Below, one piece after another: positions 18,321 to 27,942 of a stretch of DNA of 64,000 nucleotides. Where the stretch lies: IMG/VR virus record IMGVR_UViG_2615840601_000001; one strand, given 5' to 3'. The notes below the pieces were generated by a model, which saw only the letters and a list, made by a program, of their open reading frames with translations, did not search any database and had not been told where the DNA came from. Both the position numbers and the translations under genes were made by a program. Every line of letters starts with the position of its first letter. The stretch's first letter is position 1. This stretch comes from a virus (Duplodnaviria > Caudoviricetes).

Positions 18321-19529
18321 ATGCTTAAATCGCTTGAACTCTTTGCAGGTGCAGGCGGTCTTGTTCTAGGCACTGAACTGTCAGGTTTTCGTGCTGTTGC
18401 CGCCGTTGAGCACAACCGTTGGGCATGCGAGACGCTGATGGACAACGCAACGCGTGAATACCCGCTTGTGCGAAATCTTCGAGTGGTCCAAAGCGATGTA
18501 CGCGAATTCGATCTGGCTTCCATCCCCGAAGACATCGACCTAGTTTCCGGAGGCCCTCCATGTCAGCCATTTTCAATGGGTGGCCGTGCACGAGGTTTCA
18601 ACGATGATCGGGACATGTTCTCGGCATTTGCAAGGATAGTCGCAGAGACGAAACCTCGAGCCTTTATTATTGAGAACGTTCGCGGTTTGACTCGACCAGC
18701 CTTTGAGAACTATGTCTCATATATCGAGCTCCGTATGAGTATGCCCGAAGTGTTGCAGCGCCCTGGGGAGCTATGGCCTGACCATATGCGGCGACTAGAA
18801 CGTGAGCGAACCTCCACTGGCGACAAGGGTATCCAGTATTCCGTGCTGAGGGAGCTTTTCGACGCTGCAGACTTTGGAGCACCACAGCGTCGGCATCGCG
18901 TATTCTTCGTAGGGTTTCGCCAAGATCAGAATGTTCACTGGAGTTTCCCTGAAGTCACGCACTCTCAAGATGGACTTATCTATGATCAGTGGGTTAGCGG
19001 GGAATATTGGGAACGGCATGGCATTTCAAGGAAGGAACGTGGGACTGTCCCCGATCGTCTTGTTAAACGAGTTGAGGCACTTCGCGGTCGAAACGATCAT
19101 ATTGGCGCGCCTTGGAGAACAGTTCGAGATGCACTGCGAACTCTACCTGAACCGCACAAGGATGGCAGCGATACGCTAGGTATTGCAAACCATCGGTTTC
19201 AGCCAGGTGCACGACCGTATCCGGGCCATACTGGGTCTCCCCTTGATGCTCCCTCAAAAGCATTGAAGGCTGGAGATCATGGAGTTCCTGGAGGGGAGAA
19301 CATGTTGGTTCGCCCCGATGGTTCCTGTCGTTATTTCACCGTTCGTGAAGCAGCTCGAATTCAGGGTTTCCCTGATGGATATGTCTTCCATGGAGCGTGG
19401 TCCGAAACCATGCGGCAGCTTGGGAATGCGGTGCCTGTCATGCTCGCCCAAGCGATTGCGTCTTCCGTTGCGGAGCGACTTCTCGAGGCCGATGTAGAGA
19501 CGCTGTCTAAATGCCAGAGGATGCACTGA
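18321..19529 (+). CDS. Type II RM C5-cytosine methyltransferase
   Basis: LFAGAGG, GGPPCQPFS, ENV, PQRRHRVF, REAARIQGFP, QLGNAVP. Confidence 0.93.
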   Translation: MLKSLELFAGAGGLVLGTELSGFRAVAAVEHNRWACETLMDNATREYPLVRNLRVVQSDVREFDLASIPEDIDLVSGGPPCQPFSMGGRARGFNDDRDMFSAFARIVAETKPRAFIIENVRGLTRPAFENYVSYIELRMSMPEVLQRPGELWPDHMRRLERERTSTGDKGIQYSVLRELFDAADFGAPQRRHRVFFVGFRQDQNVHWSFPEVTHSQDGLIYDQWVSGEYWERHGISRKERGTVPDRLVKRVEALRGRNDHIGAPWRTVRDALRTLPEPHKDGSDTLGIANHRFQPGARPYPGHTGSPLDAPSKALKAGDHGVPGGENMLVRPDGSCRYFTVREAARIQGFPDGYVFHGAWSETMRQLGNAVPVMLAQAIASSVAERLLEADVETLSKCQRMH

Positions 19530-20188
19530 TGGCGCAGGAGGAATCAGTAACTAGAGAGTTTGAACCTTTCGACCCACTCGCTCGTACGAACCTCGCCGCA
19601 TCAGCGGCAGAAGCTCTTTTGGATACCGCGCCTGAACCGCTTAACACCTTGGTGCCCTTTTGGGGGGCAGGCGTTTACGCGATCTACTATACTGGAGACT
19701 TTCCGGCATACAGCTGGATCGCGAAGTCCAACGACAATGGTAGGTGGCTCGCGCCTCTTTATGTGGGCAAGGCTATTCCAAGTGGAGGTCGCAAAGGTAG
19801 TTCAGGACTTGAACCCCCGCGTGGAAAGTACCTGTTCAATCGGTTGAACCAACATGCCGAAAGTGTCAGGGCGGCGGAAAACCTAAATATCGAGCATTTC
19901 CATGCTCGATTCCTTGTAGTTGTTGATATTTTTATCCCTCTCATCGAGAATCTGATGATTTCACGTTTTGCTCCTATCTGGAACAATCCTGTGGATGGCT
20001 TCGGAAATCACGATCCAGGTGCAGGGAGACGAAAAGGAATGCGCCCGCGTTGGGATGTCCTACATCCCGGTCGGCGATGGGCAGACTTATGCGGTCAACG
20101 CCCAGAGACGCAGGAAAGCATCGCTAGGGAAGTCGAGGCATTGCTCTCAGCTCGTGCAGTGCCTGATCAAAGAATGATTCAACCGTAG
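19529..20188 (+). CDS. Eco29kI-family GIY-YIG restriction endonuclease
   Basis: GAGVYAIYY, LYVGKA, GFGNHDPG, WDVLHPGR; TGATG coupling to the methylase. Confidence 0.88.
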   Translation: MAQEESVTREFEPFDPLARTNLAASAAEALLDTAPEPLNTLVPFWGAGVYAIYYTGDFPAYSWIAKSNDNGRWLAPLYVGKAIPSGGRKGSSGLEPPRGKYLFNRLNQHAESVRAAENLNIEHFHARFLVVVDIFIPLIENLMISRFAPIWNNPVDGFGNHDPGAGRRKGMRPRWDVLHPGRRWADLCGQRPETQESIAREVEALLSARAVPDQRMIQP

Positions 20189-20348
20189 TGTGCCGCTTAA
20201 AGAAATTTCCTGTTTAGTACGACGTCAAGTGTACAAAACCAGCGCTATCGAGCAGGAGTTGCTCCTAACTTTTAGCAATTGATCTGTAGTTTGCTCTGAA
20301 TGACGACAAGAGCTATGGTGACTTGCGCATCATTGCTGTCCGTTTGGC

Positions 20349-20383
20349 GCAGTGAGCAGTGAGCAGTGAGCAGTGAGCAGTGA
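20349..20383. repeat. Tandem heptamer (GCAGTGA)x5
   Basis: Read directly. Confidence 0.95.
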
Positions 20384-20475
20384 GGGGAGTGAGACTCCCG
20401 AAGCTCAAAAGGTCCTCAAATGACCTTCTAGACCCCTTCAAATCGGTTTCTTGATTTGTTTCTGATTTTGAGAAG

Positions 20476-20522
20476 TGGCAAAACCGCGTGAAAAAATTGG
20501 CAAAACCGCGCGAAACGCTACA
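20476..20522 (+). repeat. Putative right end of prophage 1 (transposase-binding repeats and terminal CA)
   Basis: TGGCAAAACCGCG at 20476 and 20498, then ...GCTACA. Confidence 0.65.
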
Positions 20523-20540
20523 GTGAAAAAAATGGCAAAA

Positions 20541-20692
20541 TGTGGGGGGACCTGTCATATTGCACAGACAAAAATCCCGCGAGTTGACAGCAGGTGATTG
20601 AATTTTATTGTTAATTTAGAATTTTGTGAAAATCGCGTCTTTGCACAAGAATGAGCGAATGATCGTGAGAACGACCATTTTCTTTGCACAAT
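20541..20692 (+). repeat. Putative left end of prophage 2 (TG plus three TTGCACA sites)
   Basis: TG at 20541; TTGCACA at 20560, 20641, 20684; ~80-bp partly AT-rich gap between first and second, as in Mu attL. Confidence 0.5.
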
Positions 20693-20740
20693 CGTTCGGA
20701 AATGTTCAGCCGACGATCAAAAGAACCGTGATGCATTCTT

Positions 20741-21448
20741 TCAACGAGCGAAATGGTGGCCGCACCAGACGACTTTGCCGATCAATTGGAAGCCTTCAAG
20801 CTCATCTTTTCTAATGGTCTCCTTGGGAAACAAGGGGCTTTGATTGAGGCTAATGACTTCAATATCGCCTGAAATGGTTTTTCGCAGCCACTTGATCCTT
20901 GCTTCTCCATTAAGAACGAAAGCGAAGATGCCGTCGCTAAGCGTCTGCTTTCTTTGATCAACCATTACCAAGTCGCCATCGCTAATTTGCGGCTCCATGC
21001 TTTCGCCGTTGGCAGACATGATGAGAAGCCCTTCTGCGGTAGAACGTCCCAAGCGTCGACGCAAGAATTCTGGGGTAAAAGGGATGTGGTCCAGAACCTC
21101 AGCCTTGCCTTGATTCCAGAAGCCATTACCTGCGCTTAGCGAGGCATCATAGCGTGGTATTCCAACGTAATCGGTCAGTTTCTGCGTTTGGTGCTCACCG
21201 GGATGGACTGGATCTACACCTTCTATGAGCCATTCAATTGTAACATTAAATAGGCGCGCAATCCTCAAGGCCTTGTCTGCGCTAGGCATTCCATCTTCTA
21301 AATAATTTCTAAGCGCCCCTACTGAGATACCGCATTTATCGGCAAATTCAGCTCGGCTCATGTCTCCCATGAGCTTTTTTAAGCGTTCCGAGAATGTGCC
21401 ATTGTTCATTTTTAGCAGCAGTGGCTCGAAAGCCATCCTTTTTCCCAC
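20741..21448 (-). CDS. Phage repressor, XRE HTH + S24 peptidase (CI-like)
   Basis: N-terminal HTH; LSAG.G, G.SMEP, IKWL, IGKVVW. Confidence 0.9.
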   Translation of the reverse strand: MGKRMAFEPLLLKMNNGTFSERLKKLMGDMSRAEFADKCGISVGALRNYLEDGMPSADKALRIARLFNVTIEWLIEGVDPVHPGEHQTQKLTDYVGIPRYDASLSAGNGFWNQGKAEVLDHIPFTPEFLRRRLGRSTAEGLLIMSANGESMEPQISDGDLVMVDQRKQTLSDGIFAFVLNGEARIKWLRKTISGDIEVISLNQSPLFPKETIRKDELEGFQLIGKVVWCGHHFAR

Positions 21449-21671
21449 ATGACATGGCTTTATTAAACCATTGATTTAGCGGTATGAAACCTAATTGCAC
21501 TTGAAATTTAGCCAAATAAAACAATGGCCAGCTATATAAAGCTTTACTACTGGCTAAATATAGCTCATTCTGTCTTCATTCGTTAATCACAGCAGGCAGC
21601 CACTAAGGCTAACTGCAAGGTTCAGAAAAAAGCGGCCTGTTACAGCAGCCCGCTTTTCACGAGGAGACATT

Positions 21672-21974
21672 ATGCCGAAGCGTAAGTGGGACAAGTATGC
21701 AATCAAAGCCGAGCTTCACCGCCAGGGCATGACCTTCACCGAGCTTGCCGCTCGGCACGGATGTCATCGCACCAATATTAGCGTGGCGCTGGATCGCCCC
21801 AACTCCACCGGCGAGAAAGCCATTTCTGAAGCCATCGGCGTACCTGCCGAAGAGCTATGGCCTGACCGTTACCCCAAGTCTGCAACGTCTCATCGAATTT
21901 ACGATAGCAGACGACACGGCCCTTGTACCAGTCAGAAGTTTGCAACTGGCGCTGACAATGAGTGTGCGGCATGA
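21672..21974 (+). CDS. ner: Ner/Nlp-like regulator
   Basis: W...IKAELHRQG...GEKAISEAIGVPAEELWPDRY; divergent from repressor. Confidence 0.88.
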   Translation: MPKRKWDKYAIKAELHRQGMTFTELAARHGCHRTNISVALDRPNSTGEKAISEAIGVPAEELWPDRYPKSATSHRIYDSRRHGPCTSQKFATGADNECAA

Positions 21975-22180
21975 GCCGGGCGGTGTCAGAGCGACTGTTT
22001 GATGCTGACAAGTGGGTCGCAGCCCTGTCGCGCTTCTATCACTGCTTTGATTATTGGCCTGATCAAAATGGTCTACGCGATCTGGCAGGATTGATTTCCC
22101 TTGTTTGCTTTCAAGCCTTTCTTGCCTTGTGCTGCTGGATCGCCAGCGGCTGGGTCATCGTCTGGAGATTGAGCGAATGA
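21971..22180 (+). CDS. Hypothetical early protein (hydrophobic C-terminus)
   Basis: ATGA overlaps on both sides. Confidence 0.45.
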   Translation: MSRAVSERLFDADKWVAALSRFYHCFDYWPDQNGLRDLAGLISLVCFQAFLALCCWIASGWVIVWRLSE

Positions 22181-22386
22181 CCTCTGAAGTCATGCGGGAC
22201 TTCCATTCCCTCTTTTGGAGTACGCGCGATGGTGTTCGCCTCAAGAATTGGGCGCTATCTGGCAAAGGAGCATTGAGGATCGACCTCGAGATCACCGGTG
22301 CTCATGAACTGGGGGACTTGGTTGGACAGCTGAAGTCCATCGAAGCCGTCCAAGCCCAAAGCAAACCTCCTAAATCGAAACGCTAA
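22177..22386 (+). CDS. Hypothetical early protein
   Basis: ATGA coupling within operon. Confidence 0.5.
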   Translation: MTSEVMRDFHSLFWSTRDGVRLKNWALSGKGALRIDLEITGAHELGDLVGQLKSIEAVQAQSKPPKSKR

Positions 22387-22401
22387 AGGTCCATCTTCCA
22401 C

Positions 22402-22860
22402 ATGGCAAAAGCTCACGGCGACAAGATGACTGGTGATCTTTTGAGTTGGGAACCACCCAAGGTGGCTCCCCGCTTTGAGGAAACGCGCGTCCGGGCTTCG
22501 TCTCTCGCTCGGAAGGTCTGTCGTGTTCTGGCCGAAGCTCTCAAAGAGGATGGAAGAAGCCGCGAGGACATTGCTGCTCAGCTTTCCGCATTCCTGGGCG
22601 AGGAAATAAGCCGGGACAGCATTGATGCCTGGACCTCGGAAGCCCGCGAGAACAACAACATCTCGACCTATCGCTTTTTTGCCCTCGCCCGAATTCTTGG
22701 CAGCGCCGAAATGCTCAACGAACTACTCACCGATACCCACATGATTGTCGTCGACCAGAAGTATCAACCCCTCATCGAGCGCGAGCTGGCTCTCGAGAAG
22801 AAAGAAGCTCTGGAACAGTTCATCGCCAGTCGCGACAAGGAATGGAGGCTGAGCAAATGA
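22402..22860 (+). CDS. Hypothetical protein, possibly DNA-binding, preceding transposase
   Basis: SRE.IAA.LS.FLGE.IS...DAW.S pattern; position before A. Confidence 0.65.
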   Translation: MAKAHGDKMTGDLLSWEPPKVAPRFEETRVRASSLARKVCRVLAEALKEDGRSREDIAAQLSAFLGEEISRDSIDAWTSEARENNNISTYRFFALARILGSAEMLNELLTDTHMIVVDQKYQPLIERELALEKKEALEQFIASRDKEWRLSK

Positions 22861-25076
22861 CTGCTATCTCCGTCGCTGATAATGGCATCTTGCGGGAGTG
22901 GTATACAGCTCGCGAACTGGCAGAGCTGAAACTAACGGGATTACCACAGAGTGATCGCAAATCGCTCATTCGATTTGCTGAGCGCCATGATTGGCAATCC
23001 ACCTCCTTGGCTCGCAAGCGGTCGGGGCGTGGCGGCGGCTGGGAATATCACATAGACTTGTTGCCAGAGGCCGCACGGTCTGAACTGCAGAAACGCATTA
23101 CTCTTGAGCGACACAAGGCGGACAACTCCCTTGTGCAAAGTAAGAGGGCTATTGCGGTTCAGAACCAGCAAGCGTTTAACGCCCGTCAACGTGTCATGAT
23201 GGAAGCGCGAGCCGCACTTCTCGTCGAAATCGAACGTCGCTCCATCATCAGTGGCCTGTCTCGACGGAAAGCCATCCTGCAGTTTCTTGAAGATCTCAAT
23301 CTCTATCGGGCTGGTTTGCCAACCAGCGACGAACACTCCAAAGACAAAACAGATTATGCAGCCCTAAGTGAAGCTGTAGAACTTGCTGCAGAGCGCCGGA
23401 ACAGCCTGTCGCTTCGCTCTGTCTATGGCTGGTTCTCAGCTCGCGACGAAGGCGGGGTGACAGCTCTGGCTCCCCAGATCAAAAAGAAGACCAAGTCGCT
23501 TGCAGAAGTTGAATGGTTTGGGGAGTTTCTGAAATTCTATGCTCGTCCCTCCAAGCCTTCCATTGCTCAGGCGTTGGGTGACTATATCGAGACGCTTGAA
23601 GACAAGAGCTTTGCCCCATCATACAAGCAGGTTCGCACCGCTCTGTGCAAGCTGGGCAATGTGGATCGTGTCCGGGGCCGCGAAGGCGCTTTGACCATAA
23701 AAGCCCGTATGGCTTATGTCAGCAGGTCAACCGAAGGCCTGATGCCGACTTCCATCTACACCGCCGATGGCAAGACCTTTGATGCTGAAGTCGCGCACTT
23801 GCTGACCGGCCAACCCTTCCGGCCCGAAATCACCTCCGTGCTTGATGTCTTTACCCGCAGATGCGTTGGCTTCTCGGTGAGCCTCAAAGAGAATGTCATT
23901 GCGGTCTCGGATGCCTTGCGTCGTGCCAGCGTGGAACATGGCATTCCTGCCATTTTCTATGTCGATAACGGCCCTGGCTACAGGAACAAGACCTTTGATG
24001 CCGATGCTACCGGCATGATGGGACGCCTCGGTATCTCCAAGATGCATTCCATCGCCTACAATTCGCAGGCGCGCGGGATCATTGAGCGCTTCCACGGCAG
24101 CGTCTGGAATCCACTAGCCAAGAGTTATGTCACCTATGTCGGTCGCGACATGGACAAGGAGGCTCGCAAAAAAGCCTTTGATGTCACTCGGCGCGAAGTG
24201 AAGGAATTTGGCAGAAGCCGTATCCTCATCGAATGGGATGCGTTTCTGGCCGATTGCGAGAAGGCCGTCGAGCAATATAACGACAAGCCTCATTCAGAGT
24301 TGCCCAAGATTGCCGACCCAATCACCGGCAAAAAGAGGCATATGTCGCCCAATGAATTCTGGCATGCTCAAACAGCCAAGGGCTTCGAGCCGGTTTCTGT
24401 GCAGCCTTACGAAATCGACGATCTATTCCGTCCTCACGAGATCCGAACGGCCCGTCGCTGCCTGATCGAATGGAACACAAATAAATACTTCCATCAGGAT
24501 CTGGAACAGTACCATGGCGACAAGGTGATCGTTGCTTATGACATCAAGGATGCCAGCAAGCTTTGGGTTCGCGAGATTGATGAAGTTGATGGCGAGCTGT
24601 TGCCGGGACGCTTGATCTGTGTCGCCGAGTTTGCAGGCAACGAGGAACGCTATGTTTCGGTATCCTATGAGCAAACCGCAATCGAGAAACGCGCTCGCGC
24701 CCAGAAACGTCGTCTTTCTGACAAGATGGACAAGGTCGAAGACCAACTGCGTTCGGACCTTATGCTGGAGCTCAATCCAGCCGAAAATATCAATGTGTTG
24801 GATGGCCTTTCCAGCATTGAGCATGAGCCAGAACCAGTCGTCGAACTGATCAAGCCACAGTCCTCGGTCTCTACTGAGCCAGCCAGGCCGCGCAAGCGGA
24901 TCTTTGGCTCGGATGAAGAGCTGGCTTCCTGGGTGATCGAGCACCCTGAGGATTTAACCCCATCACGCAAAAAGGTGCTGAGTGGATGTCTCCAGCGCAG
25001 CACCTCTTTGGAACTGTTCCGCTTGAAAGGTGTCGATGTGGAAGCCCTTCGCAACGTCCTCCGCACCGCTGCCTGA
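22857..25076 (+). CDS. Mu-type DDE transposase A
   Basis: N-terminal Mu HTH (RKRSGRGGGWEYH); ADG, YVDNGPGY, ARGIIER. Confidence 0.95.
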   Translation: MTAISVADNGILREWYTARELAELKLTGLPQSDRKSLIRFAERHDWQSTSLARKRSGRGGGWEYHIDLLPEAARSELQKRITLERHKADNSLVQSKRAIAVQNQQAFNARQRVMMEARAALLVEIERRSIISGLSRRKAILQFLEDLNLYRAGLPTSDEHSKDKTDYAALSEAVELAAERRNSLSLRSVYGWFSARDEGGVTALAPQIKKKTKSLAEVEWFGEFLKFYARPSKPSIAQALGDYIETLEDKSFAPSYKQVRTALCKLGNVDRVRGREGALTIKARMAYVSRSTEGLMPTSIYTADGKTFDAEVAHLLTGQPFRPEITSVLDVFTRRCVGFSVSLKENVIAVSDALRRASVEHGIPAIFYVDNGPGYRNKTFDADATGMMGRLGISKMHSIAYNSQARGIIERFHGSVWNPLAKSYVTYVGRDMDKEARKKAFDVTRREVKEFGRSRILIEWDAFLADCEKAVEQYNDKPHSELPKIADPITGKKRHMSPNEFWHAQTAKGFEPVSVQPYEIDDLFRPHEIRTARRCLIEWNTNKYFHQDLEQYHGDKVIVAYDIKDASKLWVREIDEVDGELLPGRLICVAEFAGNEERYVSVSYEQTAIEKRARAQKRRLSDKMDKVEDQLRSDLMLELNPAENINVLDGLSSIEHEPEPVVELIKPQSSVSTEPARPRKRIFGSDEELASWVIEHPEDLTPSRKKVLSGCLQRSTSLELFRLKGVDVEALRNVLRTAA

Positions 25077-25105
25077 TAGCAAAAACTTGAATAGGAGAAT
25101 ACTAG

Positions 25106-25873
25106 ATGCGGAATGTCTTTGTCGAGACCAGCAATGTCTCGCGGTTCCTTTCAGCCCTCGACAGGCTCAGCCAGCGGGGAGCTGAAGAAGCCTGCCTGGT
25201 GGTGGTCGACGGTGCGCCTGGTCTTGGCAAAACCACGACATTGAAGCATTGGGTGGCCCAGACCGGGAGTGTCTATCTTCGTGCCAAAAAGGAATGGACG
25301 CCCAACTGGTTCATGACCGAGTTGCTGGAAAGTCTGCGGGTGACGCCACCTCACGCCTTCCAAAAGAAATACAAGCTGGCCCTTGAAGAGTTGGCCAGCC
25401 GACAGGCTTCTGCCCAGATGGCCAACCGAACCTTCGGGCTGGTTATCGATGAGGCCGATCACGTATCGAGCAAGTCCCCCATTCTGGAAACCATCCGAGA
25501 TATTTCCGACATGATCGAATTGCCCACCATTCTGGTCGGTATGGGCAAGGTGAATGACAATCTCAAACGCTTCCCACAGGTCTCCTCCCGCGTTTCCCAG
25601 AAGGTGCGCTTCGAGAATTGTTCTGAGGATGATGTGTCAGCTTTGATCAGTGGGCGCTGTGAGGTGCCGGTTGCTTCTGACCTGGTCAAGTTCACCCTCA
25701 AGGCATCCGGTGGCTATAACCGGGAGATCTTAGAGGCCATCGCCAATATCGAACGCTTCGGGTTGCGCAATGAACCGGATGAGGCTGGTCTGACCATGGC
25801 CGACATGGCTGGCGAGACCTTGCTCATTGATCGTCAGCGCAACCAGCCCATCACCATTCCGGAGGTGTTGTGA
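25106..25873 (+). CDS. MuB-like AAA+ ATPase
   Basis: Walker A GAPGLGKT, Walker B LVIDEAD. Confidence 0.92.
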   Translation: MRNVFVETSNVSRFLSALDRLSQRGAEEACLVVVDGAPGLGKTTTLKHWVAQTGSVYLRAKKEWTPNWFMTELLESLRVTPPHAFQKKYKLALEELASRQASAQMANRTFGLVIDEADHVSSKSPILETIRDISDMIELPTILVGMGKVNDNLKRFPQVSSRVSQKVRFENCSEDDVSALISGRCEVPVASDLVKFTLKASGGYNREILEAIANIERFGLRNEPDEAGLTMADMAGETLLIDRQRNQPITIPEVL

Positions 25874-26463
25874 TGGCTGTCGGGGACCTTTCAAATGCCG
25901 TTCTCGCCCGCTTGTCTGATGGTCAGTGCCACACGGTTGACCATCTGGATTATGCGCTTGTCGATTTCCAGCGGCGCGAGATTGTCAAATGTGCAGGCCG
26001 CTTGATCATGCGCGGTCTGTTGGAACGCGTCGAGATTGGTTGCTATCAGCTCACCGAGGATGGCAAGCGCATTGTTGCCACCGGCGAGACGATTTCCTCT
26101 GGACCCTATCGCCCGGATCAGGGCTACTGCCGCAAGCCTCGGGATACCATGCGCCAGCGAGCGTGGACCGCCATGCGCATGTCCGGGACTTTCACTATTG
26201 GCGACATTGCCATGGCCGCAGCATCGGGAAGTGAAGTCACCCCAGAGCAGAATTTGCAGAAGTATTTCCGGGCACTGAAGCTGGCCGGTTATCTCATTGA
26301 ACTGCCGATCCGCGCCAAGGGAACAGCCCTCACATCCAACGGCTTCAAGCGGTTTCGGCTGATGCGGGATACAGGCCCTACAGCGCCGGTGTTTCGGGCG
26401 AACAAGGGCTGCCTGTTTGATCACAATCTCGGTGATCGCGGAGAGGAAGTGTCATGTCACTGA
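25870..26463 (+). CDS. Hypothetical tandem wHTH-like protein
   Basis: RQRAWTAMR...LMRDTGPTAP motif; follows B. Confidence 0.7.
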   Translation: MMAVGDLSNAVLARLSDGQCHTVDHLDYALVDFQRREIVKCAGRLIMRGLLERVEIGCYQLTEDGKRIVATGETISSGPYRPDQGYCRKPRDTMRQRAWTAMRMSGTFTIGDIAMAAASGSEVTPEQNLQKYFRALKLAGYLIELPIRAKGTALTSNGFKRFRLMRDTGPTAPVFRANKGCLFDHNLGDRGEEVSCH

Positions 26464-26798
26464 CAGCAAAGATCCTCCTTGAAGAAAGAGTGAGACTGCT
26501 TGGCTCGAAGAAAGCTGTGGCCGATGAGTTGGAGGTCAGCCGCACCCAGATCAGCCTCTATCTGTCCGGCAAATATGAGCAAGCCGGTGGCCGGGTTGAT
26601 CGGCTGGAGGCCAAGGTCATCGCCACCTATAGCAATCGGATCCTCTGTCCTCATTTGGGGTGCGATATCACTCAGACCAGTTGCCGCGAGTGTCGCACTG
26701 GTCCGATGCCGATGTCTGACCCGGTTCAGCTCAAACACTGGATTGCCTGCAAATCCTGTCCTCTCAATCTCACCAAGCAGGAGAGTGCCGCATGTTGA
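26454..26798 (+). CDS. HTH protein with Cys-rich C-terminus
   Basis: VADELEVSRTQIS..L.GKY; CPHLG...C..C. Confidence 0.7.
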   Translation: MSLTAKILLEERVRLLGSKKAVADELEVSRTQISLYLSGKYEQAGGRVDRLEAKVIATYSNRILCPHLGCDITQTSCRECRTGPMPMSDPVQLKHWIACKSCPLNLTKQESAAC

Positions 26799-27043
26799 GC
26801 GAAACCTTGCTTGCGATGCAGGACTGGTTTGTCGGGACCTATAACAATGACGGCTTCTCGCCAGCAGCGGCCCAGCGCTTTGCTGATCTGCTTCATGCGC
26901 AGTCCCAAAAGGCCAAACGGCTGGAAGCAGCGCTTCTGGCTCGGACCATTCCACTCACCAGAGAGCAGCTTGACGACCCCAAAATCGCGCTCTTCCCCAC
27001 CTGGCCGGAAATGGCACGAAACCACCAAAAGAACGAAGGGTGA
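26792..27043 (+). CDS. Hypothetical early protein
   Basis: RBS AGGAG; operon fit. Confidence 0.55.
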   Translation: MLSETLLAMQDWFVGTYNNDGFSPAAAQRFADLLHAQSQKAKRLEAALLARTIPLTREQLDDPKIALFPTWPEMARNHQKNEG

Positions 27044-27073
27044 ATCTCACCCGCATTTGAAGGAAACCGAACC

Positions 27074-27697
27074 ATGACAGAGCAAGTGAAGACAATCCCG
27101 GACGGCTATATGGAGAATGCCAAAGGTGCCCTGGTTCCCATCCAGACCGTCAAACCCGAACATATCGAGGAAGATGCGTTGGTGCGCGATCTGATGGCCG
27201 AAGCGGAGGATCTCAATTCCAGACTGGCAGCCTTCAAGCAAAGAGCGTTGGGCAACGTGGAAGCCTTCCGAGAACTGATCGCCGAGAAATACGGAGCCAA
27301 GCGTGGCGGCAAAAAGGGCAATGTCACCCTCAACAGCTATGACGGCTCGCTCCAGTTGGTAGTAGCCATCTCCGAGAGCATTTCCTTTGGGCCAGAACTG
27401 GAAGCCGCCAAGGCCCTGATTGACGAATGCATCCATGACTGGAGCAAAGACGCCAATGCCAATTTGCGGGCACTGGTCGACGATGCCTTCCAGGTCGACA
27501 AACAGGGCAAGATCTCCACTGGTCGTGTCCTCGGACTGCGCCGCCTCAATATCGAAGATGAGAAATGGCTCAAGGCCATGGAGGCCATTTCCGATGCTCT
27601 GCGCGTCACCGGCTCCAAGAGCTACTTCCGAGCCTACAAGCGACAGCAGGGAAGCGAAGAGCGCAGTCCTGTTTCTCTCGATATCGCCAGCGCGTGA
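27074..27697 (+). CDS. DUF3164-family Mu early protein
   Basis: GYMENAKGALVP, GGKKGNVTL.SYDG, FGPEL.AAK.LIDECI. Confidence 0.85.
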   Translation: MTEQVKTIPDGYMENAKGALVPIQTVKPEHIEEDALVRDLMAEAEDLNSRLAAFKQRALGNVEAFRELIAEKYGAKRGGKKGNVTLNSYDGSLQLVVAISESISFGPELEAAKALIDECIHDWSKDANANLRALVDDAFQVDKQGKISTGRVLGLRRLNIEDEKWLKAMEAISDALRVTGSKSYFRAYKRQQGSEERSPVSLDIASA

Positions 27698-27708
27698 AGG
27701 AGGGAGGG

Positions 27709-27942
27709 ATGACCAGGCTCACCGATGCTCAAAGAAAGGTGCTGCACGCCCTGCAGCATCTCATCGAACCCGAAGCTGAAAGGCATTTGGCCTCGACCTC
27801 AGCTATTGCCCGACGCGCCGGGCTTGGTGGTGTCTTCACCAGGAACGCCCTTCATCGCCTACGCAACAAGGGGCTGGTCTGTCAGCCCTGCACGGGTGAG
27901 TGGAGCCTGACCGTCGATGGAGGGCAGTATGGCTCTGCATAG
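27709..27942 (+). CDS. Small wHTH protein
   Basis: LTDAQRKVL...IARRAGL...LHRLRNKGLV; strong RBS. Confidence 0.6.
   Translation: MTRLTDAQRKVLHALQHLIEPEAERHLASTSAIARRAGLGGVFTRNALHRLRNKGLVCQPCTGEWSLTVDGGQYGSA

Larger units (their letters stand above)
1..20522 (+). mobile_element. Mu-like prophage 1, late half plus right-end cargo; left part outside window
   Basis: Gene order gpT, gp36, gpG, P2-like tail, com + methylase; ends in TGGCAAAACCGCG repeats and ...GCTACA at 20522. Confidence 0.85.

Noticed and set aside
20349-20692. CRISPR array
   Set aside because: Repeats are 7-13 bp without regular unique spacers; no cas genes
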